From NCBI GenBank assembly GCA_049971295.1, contig JBMFLH010000001.1, positions 2,245-66,244 on the forward strand: a DNA stretch of 64,000 nt. Reading direction: 5' to 3'. The position numbers and the translations under genes were made by a program. Source of the DNA: Candidatus Ratteibacteria bacterium (GTDB taxonomy: Bacteria; Ratteibacteria; UBA8468; B48-G9; DTJG01). Under the pieces are notes generated by a model. It saw only the letters and a list, made by a program, of their open reading frames with translations, was not told the origin of the DNA and did no database searches. This document shows, piece by piece, positions 1 through 12,631 of the stretch (positions are counted from its first letter, which is position 1; every line of letters begins with the position of its first letter).

Positions 1-3000
1 TTCTGGAAAGTTTTTATGACTCAATAAGCGCGGTGCCAAGCATTGCACCTGGTGCTGAATCATCGTGTGGAATTTCTGCTTTGCTTGATCTCGCATCTTA
101 CTTTACCAGTAATCCTCCACGCAGAACACTGGTATTGCTTGCAACATCGGCGCATTTTGAATCATTGAAGGGAATTTCATGTTTTGTGTCAAAACATTTA
201 AGAACAGCGGCGCAATTCAAAAACCAACTGGGAAGCCCTATTAACGCCAAATTTGTATTTTGCCTTGACCTCACGAGTCAATCAGACCAGGTCGGCCTGT
301 GGCATAACACATATAATTTCAATTATCAAAGATTTCTTGCTCCTTTCGCAAAAAGGCTTATTGAAGCCGGTAAAGAAGAATGCAGAAAATTCGGGTATAA
401 TCCCGAACAGAGCATTGTAAATGGCGTGAGCCCTGAAAAGGGTGTCAGCTGGTCTAATTTTCTGCCTGAGAGAATCAGAACCAATGGTGAAATAGTAACT
501 ATGGCAGGTTTTCCTTCAATCAGTTTCGTCACTGTCAATGATTCACGAAAATATATAGATACCCCATTTGACGTTCTGAAAAACATCAGGATTGAAAACC
601 TTCAGAAACAGGTGAATTTAATCAGGAAGATGGTTTCATATGCATTGAATGATAAAGAGTTTTTCTCTGTCAGTGAAATAAACATCAAAGACAAATTTGC
701 GACTCTAACAGCAAAAGTTGTCAGGTTTGACCCGAGAAAAAGCTTTGTCCCGAATGAACCCATCAAGGATGCGCTGGTTCTGCCAAGATGGCAGTCTACA
801 ATGGAAGGCGCGGTAGGTTATAGCAAATCATTTTATGGAGTAAGAGGCGACGCTCTGGAAATTACTGATGAAAATGGTGAGGCCACAATCATCGGATTTT
901 CTCTCGGAACAAATTTCCTTCTGCAGGCATACTCTATTGACAAGAACTCTGGTGAAATTTATATGGCTCCTGATTATGGCGTTAATGGAGACGAACAATA
1001 TCCAAACAGAGTGAGCCTCGACACACTAAGCAAGAAATGGCTCGTTGTATTGTTCTATTGCAAGCCAATAAACTTGATAGGGCTGATTGATCCACAGTAT
1101 CTCACAGCCATCAACAAGCTGGATATTTTTGACCTGTCCAACAGTTTACCTGAAACATATTCATATTTTCTTGAAACATATGATGTGCCTCCATTGAAAT
1201 GGAGTTCCTATATTGAACCTGCGGGCGTAGTTTTTGCCAAAAAGGGAACGTATGTAAAAATTGCCGGGCGGTCAGGCCCTCTTGGAATCCGGTTGCTTCT
1301 TTTAAATTCAGAACCCACAACGGAAAATAAAGCAAAAGCCGAAGGACTTGGTTTCCCTGTTGACACAACAGATTCTATAAAATATTTGCCTTATCAGGCG
1401 GCAAAAGATATGATCATTCTTGATTCTTACAGGGTGGCAAATTTTAAAAGATACAACATTAGAAATGAACGACTTGATGCACTACAGAGCCAATCAAAGG
1501 AGCTTCTAAACAAGGCAGAAAAAGCCCAGCAAGGGTTGGATTGGGAATCATTTTTGAGTTATTCGCGTCAATCCCAGGCAATTGAATCGCGCGCTTACCC
1601 TGACGTAAAAAGCACAGCAAATGATGTGATAAAAGGTATTATCTTTTATTTTCTGTTGTTACTACCTTTTGCCTATTTTGGAGAAAGATTATTTTTCGGT
1701 TTTCCTAAACTTGAAAAAAGAATTGCCGGTATGGCATTGATTTTTCTCATCATTTATTTCATTATGCGATTTGTGCATCCTGCTTTCAAATTAACCAGTG
1801 CTCCTGAAGTGATATTGCTTGCTTTTATTGTGCTTTCATTATCAATTGTTGTCATTTCCATTATTACATCAAAGTTTGAAGAGCAAATGCAAAGGTTGAA
1901 AAGAGAAGGCGCGAGGGTTTATCAAACCGATGTTGGACGAATAGCCGCAGCAGGAACTGCATTTTCTCTTGGAGTTGCCAATATGAAGCGAAGAAAAATC
2001 AGAACTATGCTTACTGGCATTACTCTTGTGCTTTTAACATTTACGGTTTTATCCTTTACATCCATAAAATCATTTATGAAATTCAATCAAATCATGAGGC
2101 CTAACAAGCCGCTTTATCATGGTGTCTTACTTAGAGACCGTTCATGGAGCCCACTTCAAGAAGTCGCATATAAATATGTTCTTGACGATTTCCAGGGACA
2201 CGGCATCATTGCACAGAGATACTGGTTTATCAATGAAGAGATCGAAAACAAAACAGCTGTAGAAATAAAAAATGGAAATAAAAGTTGCTATGCTTCAGGA
2301 CTTCTTGGGCTGGTTCCTGAAGAAAAAGATATTACAGGTCTGGACAAATTCTTGATAGCAGGATCCTGGTTAGAACCGGGTGAAACAGACGTTATTATAC
2401 TTCCAGACAAAATTGCAAAGGACCTTGGAATCAGTATTGCAGAGGTTGGAAAAGCAAAAGTTGAAATATTTGGGCAGTCCCTTCTGGTAAAAGGCATATT
2501 CGATTCTGAAAAGATGACAGATGTTAGAGACCTTGATGACGAATTTCTAACCCCTGTAAATTTTGCATCGCTTCCGTCCAAAGAACTTAGCAAAATCAAA
2601 ATGGAACAAAAGGCACAGGTGTTCGGTTCTGTTGAAAAACTTGAAAGTTTTATACACATTGAGCCATCAAATATTCCCATTGTTCCTCCAAAAATAATAA
2701 AAGACCTCAAAGGAACCCTTCAATCAATCGCAGTAAAATTTTATCCTGGAGAAAATGCTCAGGAAATTGTGGAGTCCTTTATTTCAAAACTTGCTGCCAT
2801 ACTGTTTGTCGGACATCAAAATAAGGTCACTGTATACAGCAGCATAGGTCTTACATCACTATCGGGACTGAGCAATCTTGTCATTCCAATTCTTATCGCC
2901 GCAATGATAGTTCTCAATACCATGCTTGGCTCTGTTTATGAAAGACTCAGAGAAATCGGGACCTATAGTGCGGTTGGACTGGCACCAGTGCATATTGCAT

Positions 3001-3707
3001 CATTGTATCTGGCAGAATCTGGTGTGTTTGCTGTGATGGGTGCTGTTGGTGGCTATTTGCTTGGACAGATGGTGACGAAATTTTTAATTATAACTGGCTT
3101 ATTGCACGGACTTATACTTAATTATTCCTCTCTGTCAGCCGTTTTTGCAACAATCATTATCATCATCACAGTGCTGTTGTCCACCATTTATCCCGCAAAA
3201 AAAGCATCACAGATGGCTGTACCTGATGTCACAAGGCGCTGGGTACTTCCTGAACCAAAAGGTGACATATGGTCGTTCGAATTTCCATTCACAGTCAGCG
3301 AAATAGAAGTGGTTGGACTTTCAACATTTCTTTTTGAATATTTTAATTCATACCAGGATGTTTCTCTCGGGAATTTTTACACCAGTGATACAAGGTTTGA
3401 TGTGGAGAAATATTCATCAGGAAAACACTCTTATATCATCAATACCAGCGTCGCCCTGGCACCATTTGATTTAGGGGTGACACAGAAAGTAAAAATCACA
3501 ATGTCTCCAATGGGCCAGTACAATTTTTATACGATAAATCTGGAAATTACAAGGGAAAGTGGAGAATCATCTGACTGGAAAAGATTGAACAGGAGATTTC
3601 TTGATGGCATACGCAAACAATTTTTGGTCTGGAGAACTGTTAGTATTGAAATTAAGAAAGATTATGAAAAACAGGGTAAAACAATGCTTGGTTTATCTAT
3701 CTCATAA
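1..3707 (+). CDS. Large membrane protein, 5'-truncated by the window edge. N-terminal M28-like peptidase domain (catalytic motif degenerate), then TM helices, one FtsX-type permease module (TM1, large extracytoplasmic domain, TM2-4) and a C-terminal soluble domain.
   Basis: Open reading frame with no upstream stop to position 1. M28-like motif GAESSCGISALLDLA...PRRTLVLLATSAHFESLKG. FtsX/MacB-like TM1 (RKIRTMLTGITLVLLTFTVLSF) and TM2-4 (NLVIPILIAAMIVLNTMLGSVYERLREIGTYSAVGL). Confidence 0.55.
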   Translation, partial: LESFYDSISAVPSIAPGAESSCGISALLDLASYFTSNPPRRTLVLLATSAHFESLKGISCFVSKHLRTAAQFKNQLGSPINAKFVFCLDLTSQSDQVGLWHNTYNFNYQRFLAPFAKRLIEAGKEECRKFGYNPEQSIVNGVSPEKGVSWSNFLPERIRTNGEIVTMAGFPSISFVTVNDSRKYIDTPFDVLKNIRIENLQKQVNLIRKMVSYALNDKEFFSVSEINIKDKFATLTAKVVRFDPRKSFVPNEPIKDALVLPRWQSTMEGAVGYSKSFYGVRGDALEITDENGEATIIGFSLGTNFLLQAYSIDKNSGEIYMAPDYGVNGDEQYPNRVSLDTLSKKWLVVLFYCKPINLIGLIDPQYLTAINKLDIFDLSNSLPETYSYFLETYDVPPLKWSSYIEPAGVVFAKKGTYVKIAGRSGPLGIRLLLLNSEPTTENKAKAEGLGFPVDTTDSIKYLPYQAAKDMIILDSYRVANFKRYNIRNERLDALQSQSKELLNKAEKAQQGLDWESFLSYSRQSQAIESRAYPDVKSTANDVIKGIIFYFLLLLPFAYFGERLFFGFPKLEKRIAGMALIFLIIYFIMRFVHPAFKLTSAPEVILLAFIVLSLSIVVISIITSKFEEQMQRLKREGARVYQTDVGRIAAAGTAFSLGVANMKRRKIRTMLTGITLVLLTFTVLSFTSIKSFMKFNQIMRPNKPLYHGVLLRDRSWSPLQEVAYKYVLDDFQGHGIIAQRYWFINEEIENKTAVEIKNGNKSCYASGLLGLVPEEKDITGLDKFLIAGSWLEPGETDVIILPDKIAKDLGISIAEVGKAKVEIFGQSLLVKGIFDSEKMTDVRDLDDEFLTPVNFASLPSKELSKIKMEQKAQVFGSVEKLESFIHIEPSNIPIVPPKIIKDLKGTLQSIAVKFYPGENAQEIVESFISKLAAILFVGHQNKVTVYSSIGLTSLSGLSNLVIPILIAAMIVLNTMLGSVYERLREIGTYSAVGLAPVHIASLYLAESGVFAVMGAVGGYLLGQMVTKFLIITGLLHGLILNYSSLSAVFATIIIIITVLLSTIYPAKKASQMAVPDVTRRWVLPEPKGDIWSFEFPFTVSEIEVVGLSTFLFEYFNSYQDVSLGNFYTSDTRFDVEKYSSGKHSYIINTSVALAPFDLGVTQKVKITMSPMGQYNFYTINLEITRESGESSDWKRLNRRFLDGIRKQFLVWRTVSIEIKKDYEKQGKTMLGLSIS

Positions 3708-3719
3708 CAGGGAAAAGGA

Positions 3720-5696
3720 ATGAACGAAAAAAATATTAATGATTTTAGACCCGATTTAGAAGAATTCCAGGAGGGGTTTGGTATCAAGGCAGTGATAGCC
3801 GCAATTTTTATAGGTTTCATTATGCTGCCTGGTGCGATATATCTTGGTTTGATTACTGGCGGAGGTCTTGGCGGAGCTGCTCAATGGGTTGCTGTGATAC
3901 TGCTTGTTGAAATTGCCAAGCGTTCTTTTGTCCCATTAAAAAAACAGGAAATTTATATTCTATACATTATTGCTGGCGCTGTTGCGGGTGGCGGCACAAT
4001 TTTGGGTACTGCAGGGCTTACCATACAAGGTGGTGCCTTCGGAGAATTGATATGGAGACAGTATTTCATACAGTCACACTATGCTCAGTCTTTTGGGATT
4101 TCCGACAAAATTCCATCATGGGTTGTACCTCCTGCAAATTCAGAAGCCATTTTCAAGAGAACTTTCTTTCATCATGACTGGATTAAACCTATTGTGATCA
4201 TCATTGTCTTTGCATTCCTTATCAGGATTACTCAGTTCACTCTGGGATATGTGTTGTTCAGAATTACCGGTGATAGGGAAAAACTTACCTTTCCAATGGC
4301 TCCTGTGGCATCAGAAGGTGCCACAGCGCTTGCTGAAGTTACGGGAAAAACCGAAAGCTGGAGATGGCGGGTATTCAGTGTGAGCGCCATGATCGGAATT
4401 ATTTTTGGTGCATTTTACGTAGTGATTCCAACGATTACCGGACTTCTCATGTCTAAACCCCTTCAATTGATACCAATACCATGGGTTGATTTTACTGCGC
4501 AGATTGGTGCAAAAGCGCCTGCCTGTATACTTGGATTGATGACAGACCTTGGTACAATACTTGCAGGATTTGTCTTGCCATTCTGGGTAATTGTTGGTTC
4601 TCTCACATCCTCAATACTTGCGCAATGTGTTGCAAATCCAATTCTTTATCGCGCTCACATTATTAAAAACTGGCAACCCGGAATGAGTGTTGTTCCGACA
4701 TCAATATCAGCAAATATGGATTTCTGGATTAATGCAATTATAGGTGGTGGCATATGTGTTGGCCTTATTGGAATATGGAAAACAATTACGGCAAGAAGAA
4801 AAAAAGATATTACTCAAACAAAAGAGGAATTGCCAAAGAATAGGGGTGATTATCCAATTCCTGTGGCTCTTGGCTTATGGGTGGTGGCAACCATTGCGTT
4901 CATCATATTAACACACTTTCTTGTACCTGAATTTCCCGTTTTGATTTTCATTCTTTTTGGATTTATTTTAACCCCATTTTTAAGTTATACCTCTGCGCGA
5001 ATGTATGGCATTACTGGTGTTGCAACCGGTGTTTCATTTCCATTGGTCAGAGAAGCCAGTTTTATTTTTAGCGGATATAAAGGCGCAGCAATATGGTTTT
5101 CTCCAATTCCATATTTTGATGTAGGCGGAATGACCCAGGCTTTCAAACAGCTTGAACTTACAAAAACAAAGTTTACCAGCTGGTACAAAGCTGAATTTAC
5201 CGCTCTTGTTATCATGTTGTTTTGTAGTTTTCTTTTCTGGTCCATCATATGGCACCTATCACCCATTCCATCAGCAACTTATCCATTCGTTCAGAAAATG
5301 TGGCCATTGAACGCAATAACTCAAAGCTTATGGATTAGCAGTACCCTCGGCGAGTCAGGAACAAGTTATATGATAAAAGCAATTAAACCTTTGTACTTTT
5401 TTAGCTTTGCTGCTGGTGGGTTGATACTGAATGCCATTTTAGGTCTTTTGAAAGCGCCTGTCACCTTTTTCTATGGGCTTGTCGGTGGAGTTTCAATGTG
5501 GCCGCATTACACAATACCACTCTTCGCAGGCGCAATGCTTGGCAGATTCTACTTTGCAAAAAAATTCGGTAGTGAGACTTGGAGAAGGTATACCCCGATC
5601 ATTCTGGCAGGATATACCTGCGGTGTCGGTTTGATAGGAATGGTTTCTATTGCCGTCGCTCTAATAGCAAAAACAATATATCAAATCATCTTTTGA
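3720..5696 (+). CDS. Polytopic integral membrane protein (about 14 TM). Possibly an OPT-family or related transporter; function unknown.
   Basis: 658-aa ORF starting 13 bp after the upstream gene, with an AAAAGGA RBS. Highly hydrophobic and Gly-rich throughout. Confidence 0.6.
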   Translation: MNEKNINDFRPDLEEFQEGFGIKAVIAAIFIGFIMLPGAIYLGLITGGGLGGAAQWVAVILLVEIAKRSFVPLKKQEIYILYIIAGAVAGGGTILGTAGLTIQGGAFGELIWRQYFIQSHYAQSFGISDKIPSWVVPPANSEAIFKRTFFHHDWIKPIVIIIVFAFLIRITQFTLGYVLFRITGDREKLTFPMAPVASEGATALAEVTGKTESWRWRVFSVSAMIGIIFGAFYVVIPTITGLLMSKPLQLIPIPWVDFTAQIGAKAPACILGLMTDLGTILAGFVLPFWVIVGSLTSSILAQCVANPILYRAHIIKNWQPGMSVVPTSISANMDFWINAIIGGGICVGLIGIWKTITARRKKDITQTKEELPKNRGDYPIPVALGLWVVATIAFIILTHFLVPEFPVLIFILFGFILTPFLSYTSARMYGITGVATGVSFPLVREASFIFSGYKGAAIWFSPIPYFDVGGMTQAFKQLELTKTKFTSWYKAEFTALVIMLFCSFLFWSIIWHLSPIPSATYPFVQKMWPLNAITQSLWISSTLGESGTSYMIKAIKPLYFFSFAAGGLILNAILGLLKAPVTFFYGLVGGVSMWPHYTIPLFAGAMLGRFYFAKKFGSETWRRYTPIILAGYTCGVGLIGMVSIAVALIAKTIYQIIF

Positions 5697-6427
5697 TTGG
5701 CAAAAAACAGTTTGAAAATCCAGAAAGCGCCGATAATAAAGCAAATAATTCCATATATCTGGGTCTGATAAAATCCAAACATACCTGGAATCAGATCTCC
5801 TCTGAAAAGGTCTACCCAGTACCTTAAACTTCCAAAGAAAATCAGATACCATGCTGCAATCTCACCGTCCTGATGTTTATCCTTCGAGAATAAGTAGAGA
5901 AGAAAAAAAATTGTAAGGTCACCAATAAAATAATATACTTCAGTTGGATGAACACGTGTATCAAGAAAGGGAAATTTTATTGAAAACCAGTGTGTGCTGG
6001 GCTTACCATAACAGCAACCATGAAACAAACAACCAATTCTTCCTATCGCCTGTCCAAGAGGAACGACAGAAGCCACCATATCGAGAGTCAAACGAACATT
6101 AACATTTGTTTTTCTTGAAATATAAATAAGTCCCAGAAGCCCTGCCAGTATTCCACCCTGAATTGCCAGCCCCCCATTTCGTAACATGATGATTTCCACA
6201 GGATTTCTCATGTAATAATGAAAATAAGCAAGAACATGAACAACCCTGGCACCTATGATACCAAAAAGCACAGTATAAAAAATGATTTTGCCTGAAATTT
6301 CGTCAGAATACCCTTGTTTCCTTGCCTTCAATTGAAAAACAAAGCTGCTGACAATAATACCAAGTGCAACGAAAACCCCATACCAGTAAACAACAAAATT
6401 ACCAATCTTAAGACACACTGGATGCAT
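5681..6427 (-). CDS. lgt: Prolipoprotein diacylglyceryl transferase
   Basis: Lgt signature (GRIGCLFHGCCYGKP), multi-TM, 248 aa, immediately downstream of lspA. Confidence 0.85.
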   Translation of the reverse strand: MHPVCLKIGNFVVYWYGVFVALGIIVSSFVFQLKARKQGYSDEISGKIIFYTVLFGIIGARVVHVLAYFHYYMRNPVEIIMLRNGGLAIQGGILAGLLGLIYISRKTNVNVRLTLDMVASVVPLGQAIGRIGCLFHGCCYGKPSTHWFSIKFPFLDTRVHPTEVYYFIGDLTIFFLLYLFSKDKHQDGEIAAWYLIFFGSLRYWVDLFRGDLIPGMFGFYQTQIYGIICFIIGAFWIFKLFFANQKMI

Positions 6428-6917
6428 GCTTCCTGCTCCTTGAGTAAAAAATTAAAAGACATCCGATTCCACAGACGATAAAAGTATCAGCTAAATTAAA
6501 CACAGGCCAGACAAGAAAATCTATAAAATCAATAACGCCGCGATACAAAGCCCTGTCATATAAGTTTCCGAGAATTCCTCCACAAATCAATCCAAAACAA
6601 ACATGAGAAAAAATTGGCAGTTCAAGTCTTCTATTATGTACGTAAAGTAAAATCACAAAAAGGGCAATTACAGAAAGAATGATGATAAGAGGCAAATACG
6701 AGGGATTTTCCAGAAAGCCAAAACATATACCACCATTTTTAATGTTATTGATATACAGGAAACGACAAATTTTTACTGAAAAATTCTCAGGGATTTTCAG
6801 TGTTACTATCAATTTGGTAATTCTATCAATCAAAAATGCAATGGCAAAGCTGGAATAAAAAAAGCCCAATGTATTTATCCCTGTTTTCTTTCTGTTTTTT
6901 CTTGAGCCCTCTGACAT
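6408..6917 (-). CDS. lspA: Lipoprotein signal peptidase II
   Basis: C-terminal motif FLVWPVFNLADTFIVCGIGCLLI typical of LspA; 4 TM. Overlaps lgt by 20 bp. Confidence 0.8.
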   Translation of the reverse strand: MSEGSRKNRKKTGINTLGFFYSSFAIAFLIDRITKLIVTLKIPENFSVKICRFLYINNIKNGGICFGFLENPSYLPLIIILSVIALFVILLYVHNRRLELPIFSHVCFGLICGGILGNLYDRALYRGVIDFIDFLVWPVFNLADTFIVCGIGCLLIFYSRSRKHASSVS

Positions 6918-7273
6918 TTAATGCAGTATCTTGTATATGGAATTGCTTTCAGTCTCGCCTTTGAAATTGGCTTATTGCAGGAGTCGCATATTCCGTATTT
7001 TCTGGCATCAATCTTCTTCAATGACTCTTCTATCATTTGAAGCAGTTCAATTTCTGAACTGGCAAGATTCAAATCAAGATCTTTTTCAAATGCATCGGTT
7101 CCAAAATCCGCAATATGTGTTGGTACTCCAGCTCCCTCAGACACATTTCCACGTGCAGTCTGCTGGGTATTTTCTTCAAGTTGAGTAAGACTTCTCAGTA
7201 TTCTGGATTTCTCTTTGATCAGCATATCTTTAAAAACTTTTAACTCTTTTTGATTCACCATTGCCTCCTTCAA
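6875..7273 (-). CDS. DksA/TraR-family C4-type zinc-finger protein
   Basis: Coiled-coil N-terminus plus CDSCNKPISKARLKAIPYTRYCIKCQ four-Cys finger. ATGA overlap with the downstream gene. Confidence 0.7.
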   Translation of the reverse strand: MKEAMVNQKELKVFKDMLIKEKSRILRSLTQLEENTQQTARGNVSEGAGVPTHIADFGTDAFEKDLDLNLASSEIELLQMIEESLKKIDARKYGICDSCNKPISKARLKAIPYTRYCIKCQRAQEKTERKQG

Positions 7274-7713
7274 ATGTCAAATATGATCTCTGTCTCCAAA
7301 AAATTTTTCACTTTCCTGATTTTCATACGATGATAGGTCACAGCTTTAACCTCCCGTTCGATCCCTTCAATTTTATGGCCTGTCATCGCGCATACAAGCA
7401 TTTTCTCTTTTCCTGAACAATCTATATTAAACAAAAATTTGTAAAAAATCAAATGTTCCTTCAGAGCGATAAAAAGTAATTCGTTCAAAAAACTAACAAG
7501 GAGTCCCTCTTCAGAGTCAGAAGAAAAAGTATGCTCTCGATGATATTCAGAATCATCTGATTTTTTCTTGGGGCTCAATATATCATAAAGTCCCAGCGCG
7601 GCGTTTTCAAAAAGTTCCTGTAAATTTCTTCCATATACTTTTATTGCAATATCCGCAGGATGTTCAAGATATTCAAATTTCTTCTGTTTCCCGGACGATT
7701 GCGACATCCGCAA
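7270..7713 (-). CDS. Archease-family protein
   Basis: 147 aa; N-terminal [16 protein letters not shown] matches the archease FExxxHTAD pattern. Confidence 0.55.
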   Translation of the reverse strand: MRMSQSSGKQKKFEYLEHPADIAIKVYGRNLQELFENAALGLYDILSPKKKSDDSEYHREHTFSSDSEEGLLVSFLNELLFIALKEHLIFYKFLFNIDCSGKEKMLVCAMTGHKIEGIEREVKAVTYHRMKIRKVKNFLETEIIFDI

Positions 7714-10132
7714 TACGATCTCCCTGATTAAGATTTATCAATTTTACACCAAGGGTACTCCGTCCAACCCTCCTGATTTCATTGACAGGCAATCTGATAA
7801 TCATTCCACCAGTCGTCATCACAATAATTTCGTCATCTTCCTGAACCATCTTTGTTTTCACAACATAACCTGTCTTACTGTTAACCTTCATATCAATCAC
7901 GCCCTTGCCACCTCTTTTTTGTCGCCTGTAATACTTGACATAGGTTCTCTTTCCATATCCATTTGACGAGACTGTCAGTATTTCCTCGGTTGGATTTTCA
8001 GAAGCAAAAACCTGACCGCAAATCACTTCATCTCTTGAACTTTTGAACCTTATCCCTATTACTCCCATACCCGTTCTGCCAATTGGCTTAACTTCCTGCT
8101 CACTGAATCGTATGCAGAAACCGTGTTTTGTAAAAAGCATAATATCCCTGTTGCCATCAGCAAGCTTCACATCAATTAGTTTATCATCGTTCTTCAATGT
8201 AATTCCAATAATTCCACCTTGTCTCGGTTTGCTATATGCAATGAGTGGCGTCTTTTTTACTATCCCTTTCTTTGTGAGCATGAGGATAAACTGACCGGAG
8301 GAAAAATCAGAAACTGGTATCACTGCCGCGATTTTCTCATCAGTTTGAATTTTTAGAAGGTTGACAAGTGGTTTACCACGCGCAACACGGCTCGCTTCAG
8401 GAATCAGATAACCTTTCAGCCAGTGAACCCTACCTGTTTCTGTAAATATCAGCAATTGGTCAACAGTTGAACATACAAACACATGTCTTACAAAATCATC
8501 CTCTTTTGTACCTGCTCCCAAAATTCCCCGTCCGCCGCGTCGCTGTCTTCTATAGGTTTCAAGAGGCAATCTTTTAATATAACCGTGGGCAGACACTGTA
8601 ACAACGATATCTTCGGGTCGCACAAGATCCTCATCACTTAACTCTTCTATTGGAGAACCAATTTCAGTGCGTCTTTTGTCAGAATATTTGTTTTTCAAAA
8701 TTTTCAATTCCCCTTCAATAATAGCATTGACCTTTTCTTTACTTGCAAGGATCGCCTTTAATTCATCAATCTTTTTGCTGATCTGGTCAAGTTCTTCCTC
8801 TATTTTATTTCTTTCAAGTTTTGTCAGTTTTCCCAGTGGCAAGGCGAGAATGGCATCCGCCTGTTTCTGACTCAAGGAAAACTTTTTCATCAAATTTTCT
8901 CTTGCTTCTTCAATACTGTTTGAATTTCTTATAAGAGAAATCACCTTATCAAGGTTGTCAACAGCTATTTTAAGCCCCAACAAAATATGATGCCTTTCTT
9001 CAGCTTTATTCAAATCAAAACGAGTTCTGCGAATAACAACATTTCTTCTGTGCTCGAGAAATAATTCGAGCATTTCTTTCAAAGTAAGAAGTTTTGGCTG
9101 CCTGTTCACCAGTGCAAGATTAATAATTCCGTATGTTGTCTGTAGCTGCGTATGTGAGTACAACTGGTTGATAATAATATCCGTATTCTCGCCTTTTCTT
9201 GTCTCCAGCACTATTCGTATACCTTCCTTGCTTGATTCATCTCTGACATTACTGACGCCACCTATTTTCTTTTCTTCGATCAGTTTGGCAATATTTTCAA
9301 CAAGAGTAGATTTGTTCACCTCGTAGGGAATCTCAGTAATGACAACATTATCGTGGTTTTTTGTTTCTTCAACTTCCACCCGTCCACGGATTGTTATAAT
9401 ACCTTTTCCGGTAGTATACGCTTCAACAATTCCCAGGGTTCCACAAATTATCCCACCTGTTGGGAAATCCGGTCCTGAAATAAATTTCATAATATCCTCA
9501 ATTGAGCAATCTGGATTTTTTATCATCATAATCAGTGCATCACATACCTCACCAAGATTATGTGGCGGGATGTTGGTTGCCATACCAACTGCGATGCCTG
9601 AAGAACCATTGATTAATAGATTAGGAACTTTGCTTGGAAGAACGACGGGTTCATTAAGAGATTCATCAAAATTAGGCATAAAATCCACTGTATCTTTTTC
9701 AATATCTGCAAGGATCTCCATAGCCAGTGGACGAAGCCTTGCCTCAGTATATCTCATTGCTGCTGGAGGGTCCCCGTCTATTGAACCAAAATTGCCTTGG
9801 CCATCAACCAGTACATACCTTAAAGTAAAATCCTGCGCCATCCTTGCAAGGGATTCGTAGATAGGCGAATCTCCATGAGGATGGTATTTCCCCATTACTT
9901 CTCCAACAATACGAGCGCTTTTTTTATAGGGTCTGCCTGGCTCAAGACCAAGTTCCATCATAGCGAAAAGAATTCTTCTGTGCACAGGTTTCAGCCCATC
10001 TCTAACATCAGGCAATGCCCGACCTATGATAACACTCATAGCATAATCAAGGTAGGAATTCTTCATCTCAATCTCTATTCCTACCGGCGTAATTTTTTCC
10101 CTTGGTGGTTGCTGTTTTTCTTTCTCGTCCAC
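7673..10132 (-). CDS. gyrA: DNA gyrase subunit A
   Basis: 819 aa; QRDR-region motifs ([22 protein letters not shown]), active-site Tyr region, and C-terminal beta-pinwheel repeats. Confidence 0.95.
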   Translation of the reverse strand: MDEKEKQQPPREKITPVGIEIEMKNSYLDYAMSVIIGRALPDVRDGLKPVHRRILFAMMELGLEPGRPYKKSARIVGEVMGKYHPHGDSPIYESLARMAQDFTLRYVLVDGQGNFGSIDGDPPAAMRYTEARLRPLAMEILADIEKDTVDFMPNFDESLNEPVVLPSKVPNLLINGSSGIAVGMATNIPPHNLGEVCDALIMMIKNPDCSIEDIMKFISGPDFPTGGIICGTLGIVEAYTTGKGIITIRGRVEVEETKNHDNVVITEIPYEVNKSTLVENIAKLIEEKKIGGVSNVRDESSKEGIRIVLETRKGENTDIIINQLYSHTQLQTTYGIINLALVNRQPKLLTLKEMLELFLEHRRNVVIRRTRFDLNKAEERHHILLGLKIAVDNLDKVISLIRNSNSIEEARENLMKKFSLSQKQADAILALPLGKLTKLERNKIEEELDQISKKIDELKAILASKEKVNAIIEGELKILKNKYSDKRRTEIGSPIEELSDEDLVRPEDIVVTVSAHGYIKRLPLETYRRQRRGGRGILGAGTKEDDFVRHVFVCSTVDQLLIFTETGRVHWLKGYLIPEASRVARGKPLVNLLKIQTDEKIAAVIPVSDFSSGQFILMLTKKGIVKKTPLIAYSKPRQGGIIGITLKNDDKLIDVKLADGNRDIMLFTKHGFCIRFSEQEVKPIGRTGMGVIGIRFKSSRDEVICGQVFASENPTEEILTVSSNGYGKRTYVKYYRRQKRGGKGVIDMKVNSKTGYVVKTKMVQEDDEIIVMTTGGMIIRLPVNEIRRVGRSTLGVKLINLNQGDRIADVAIVRETEEI

Positions 10133-10150
10133 AATTCCTCCTTAAATTCC

Positions 10151-12526
<2,376 letters not shown>

Positions 12527-12631
12527 CTATTTTTTCTAAAAAATTATAGCATCTTATTGAGGCGAAGTCAAGAAAAAATTGTTTCTCTCAAATTTTCTAA
12601 AATTAGGAAAAATCAATTACTTAAGATTGAG

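Noticed and set aside
8043-9860. Several 60-170-aa plus-strand ORFs (8043-8294, 8667-8870, 9339-9860)
   Set aside because: They are antisense within gyrA, low-complexity, and have no motifs. They are typical shadow ORFs.
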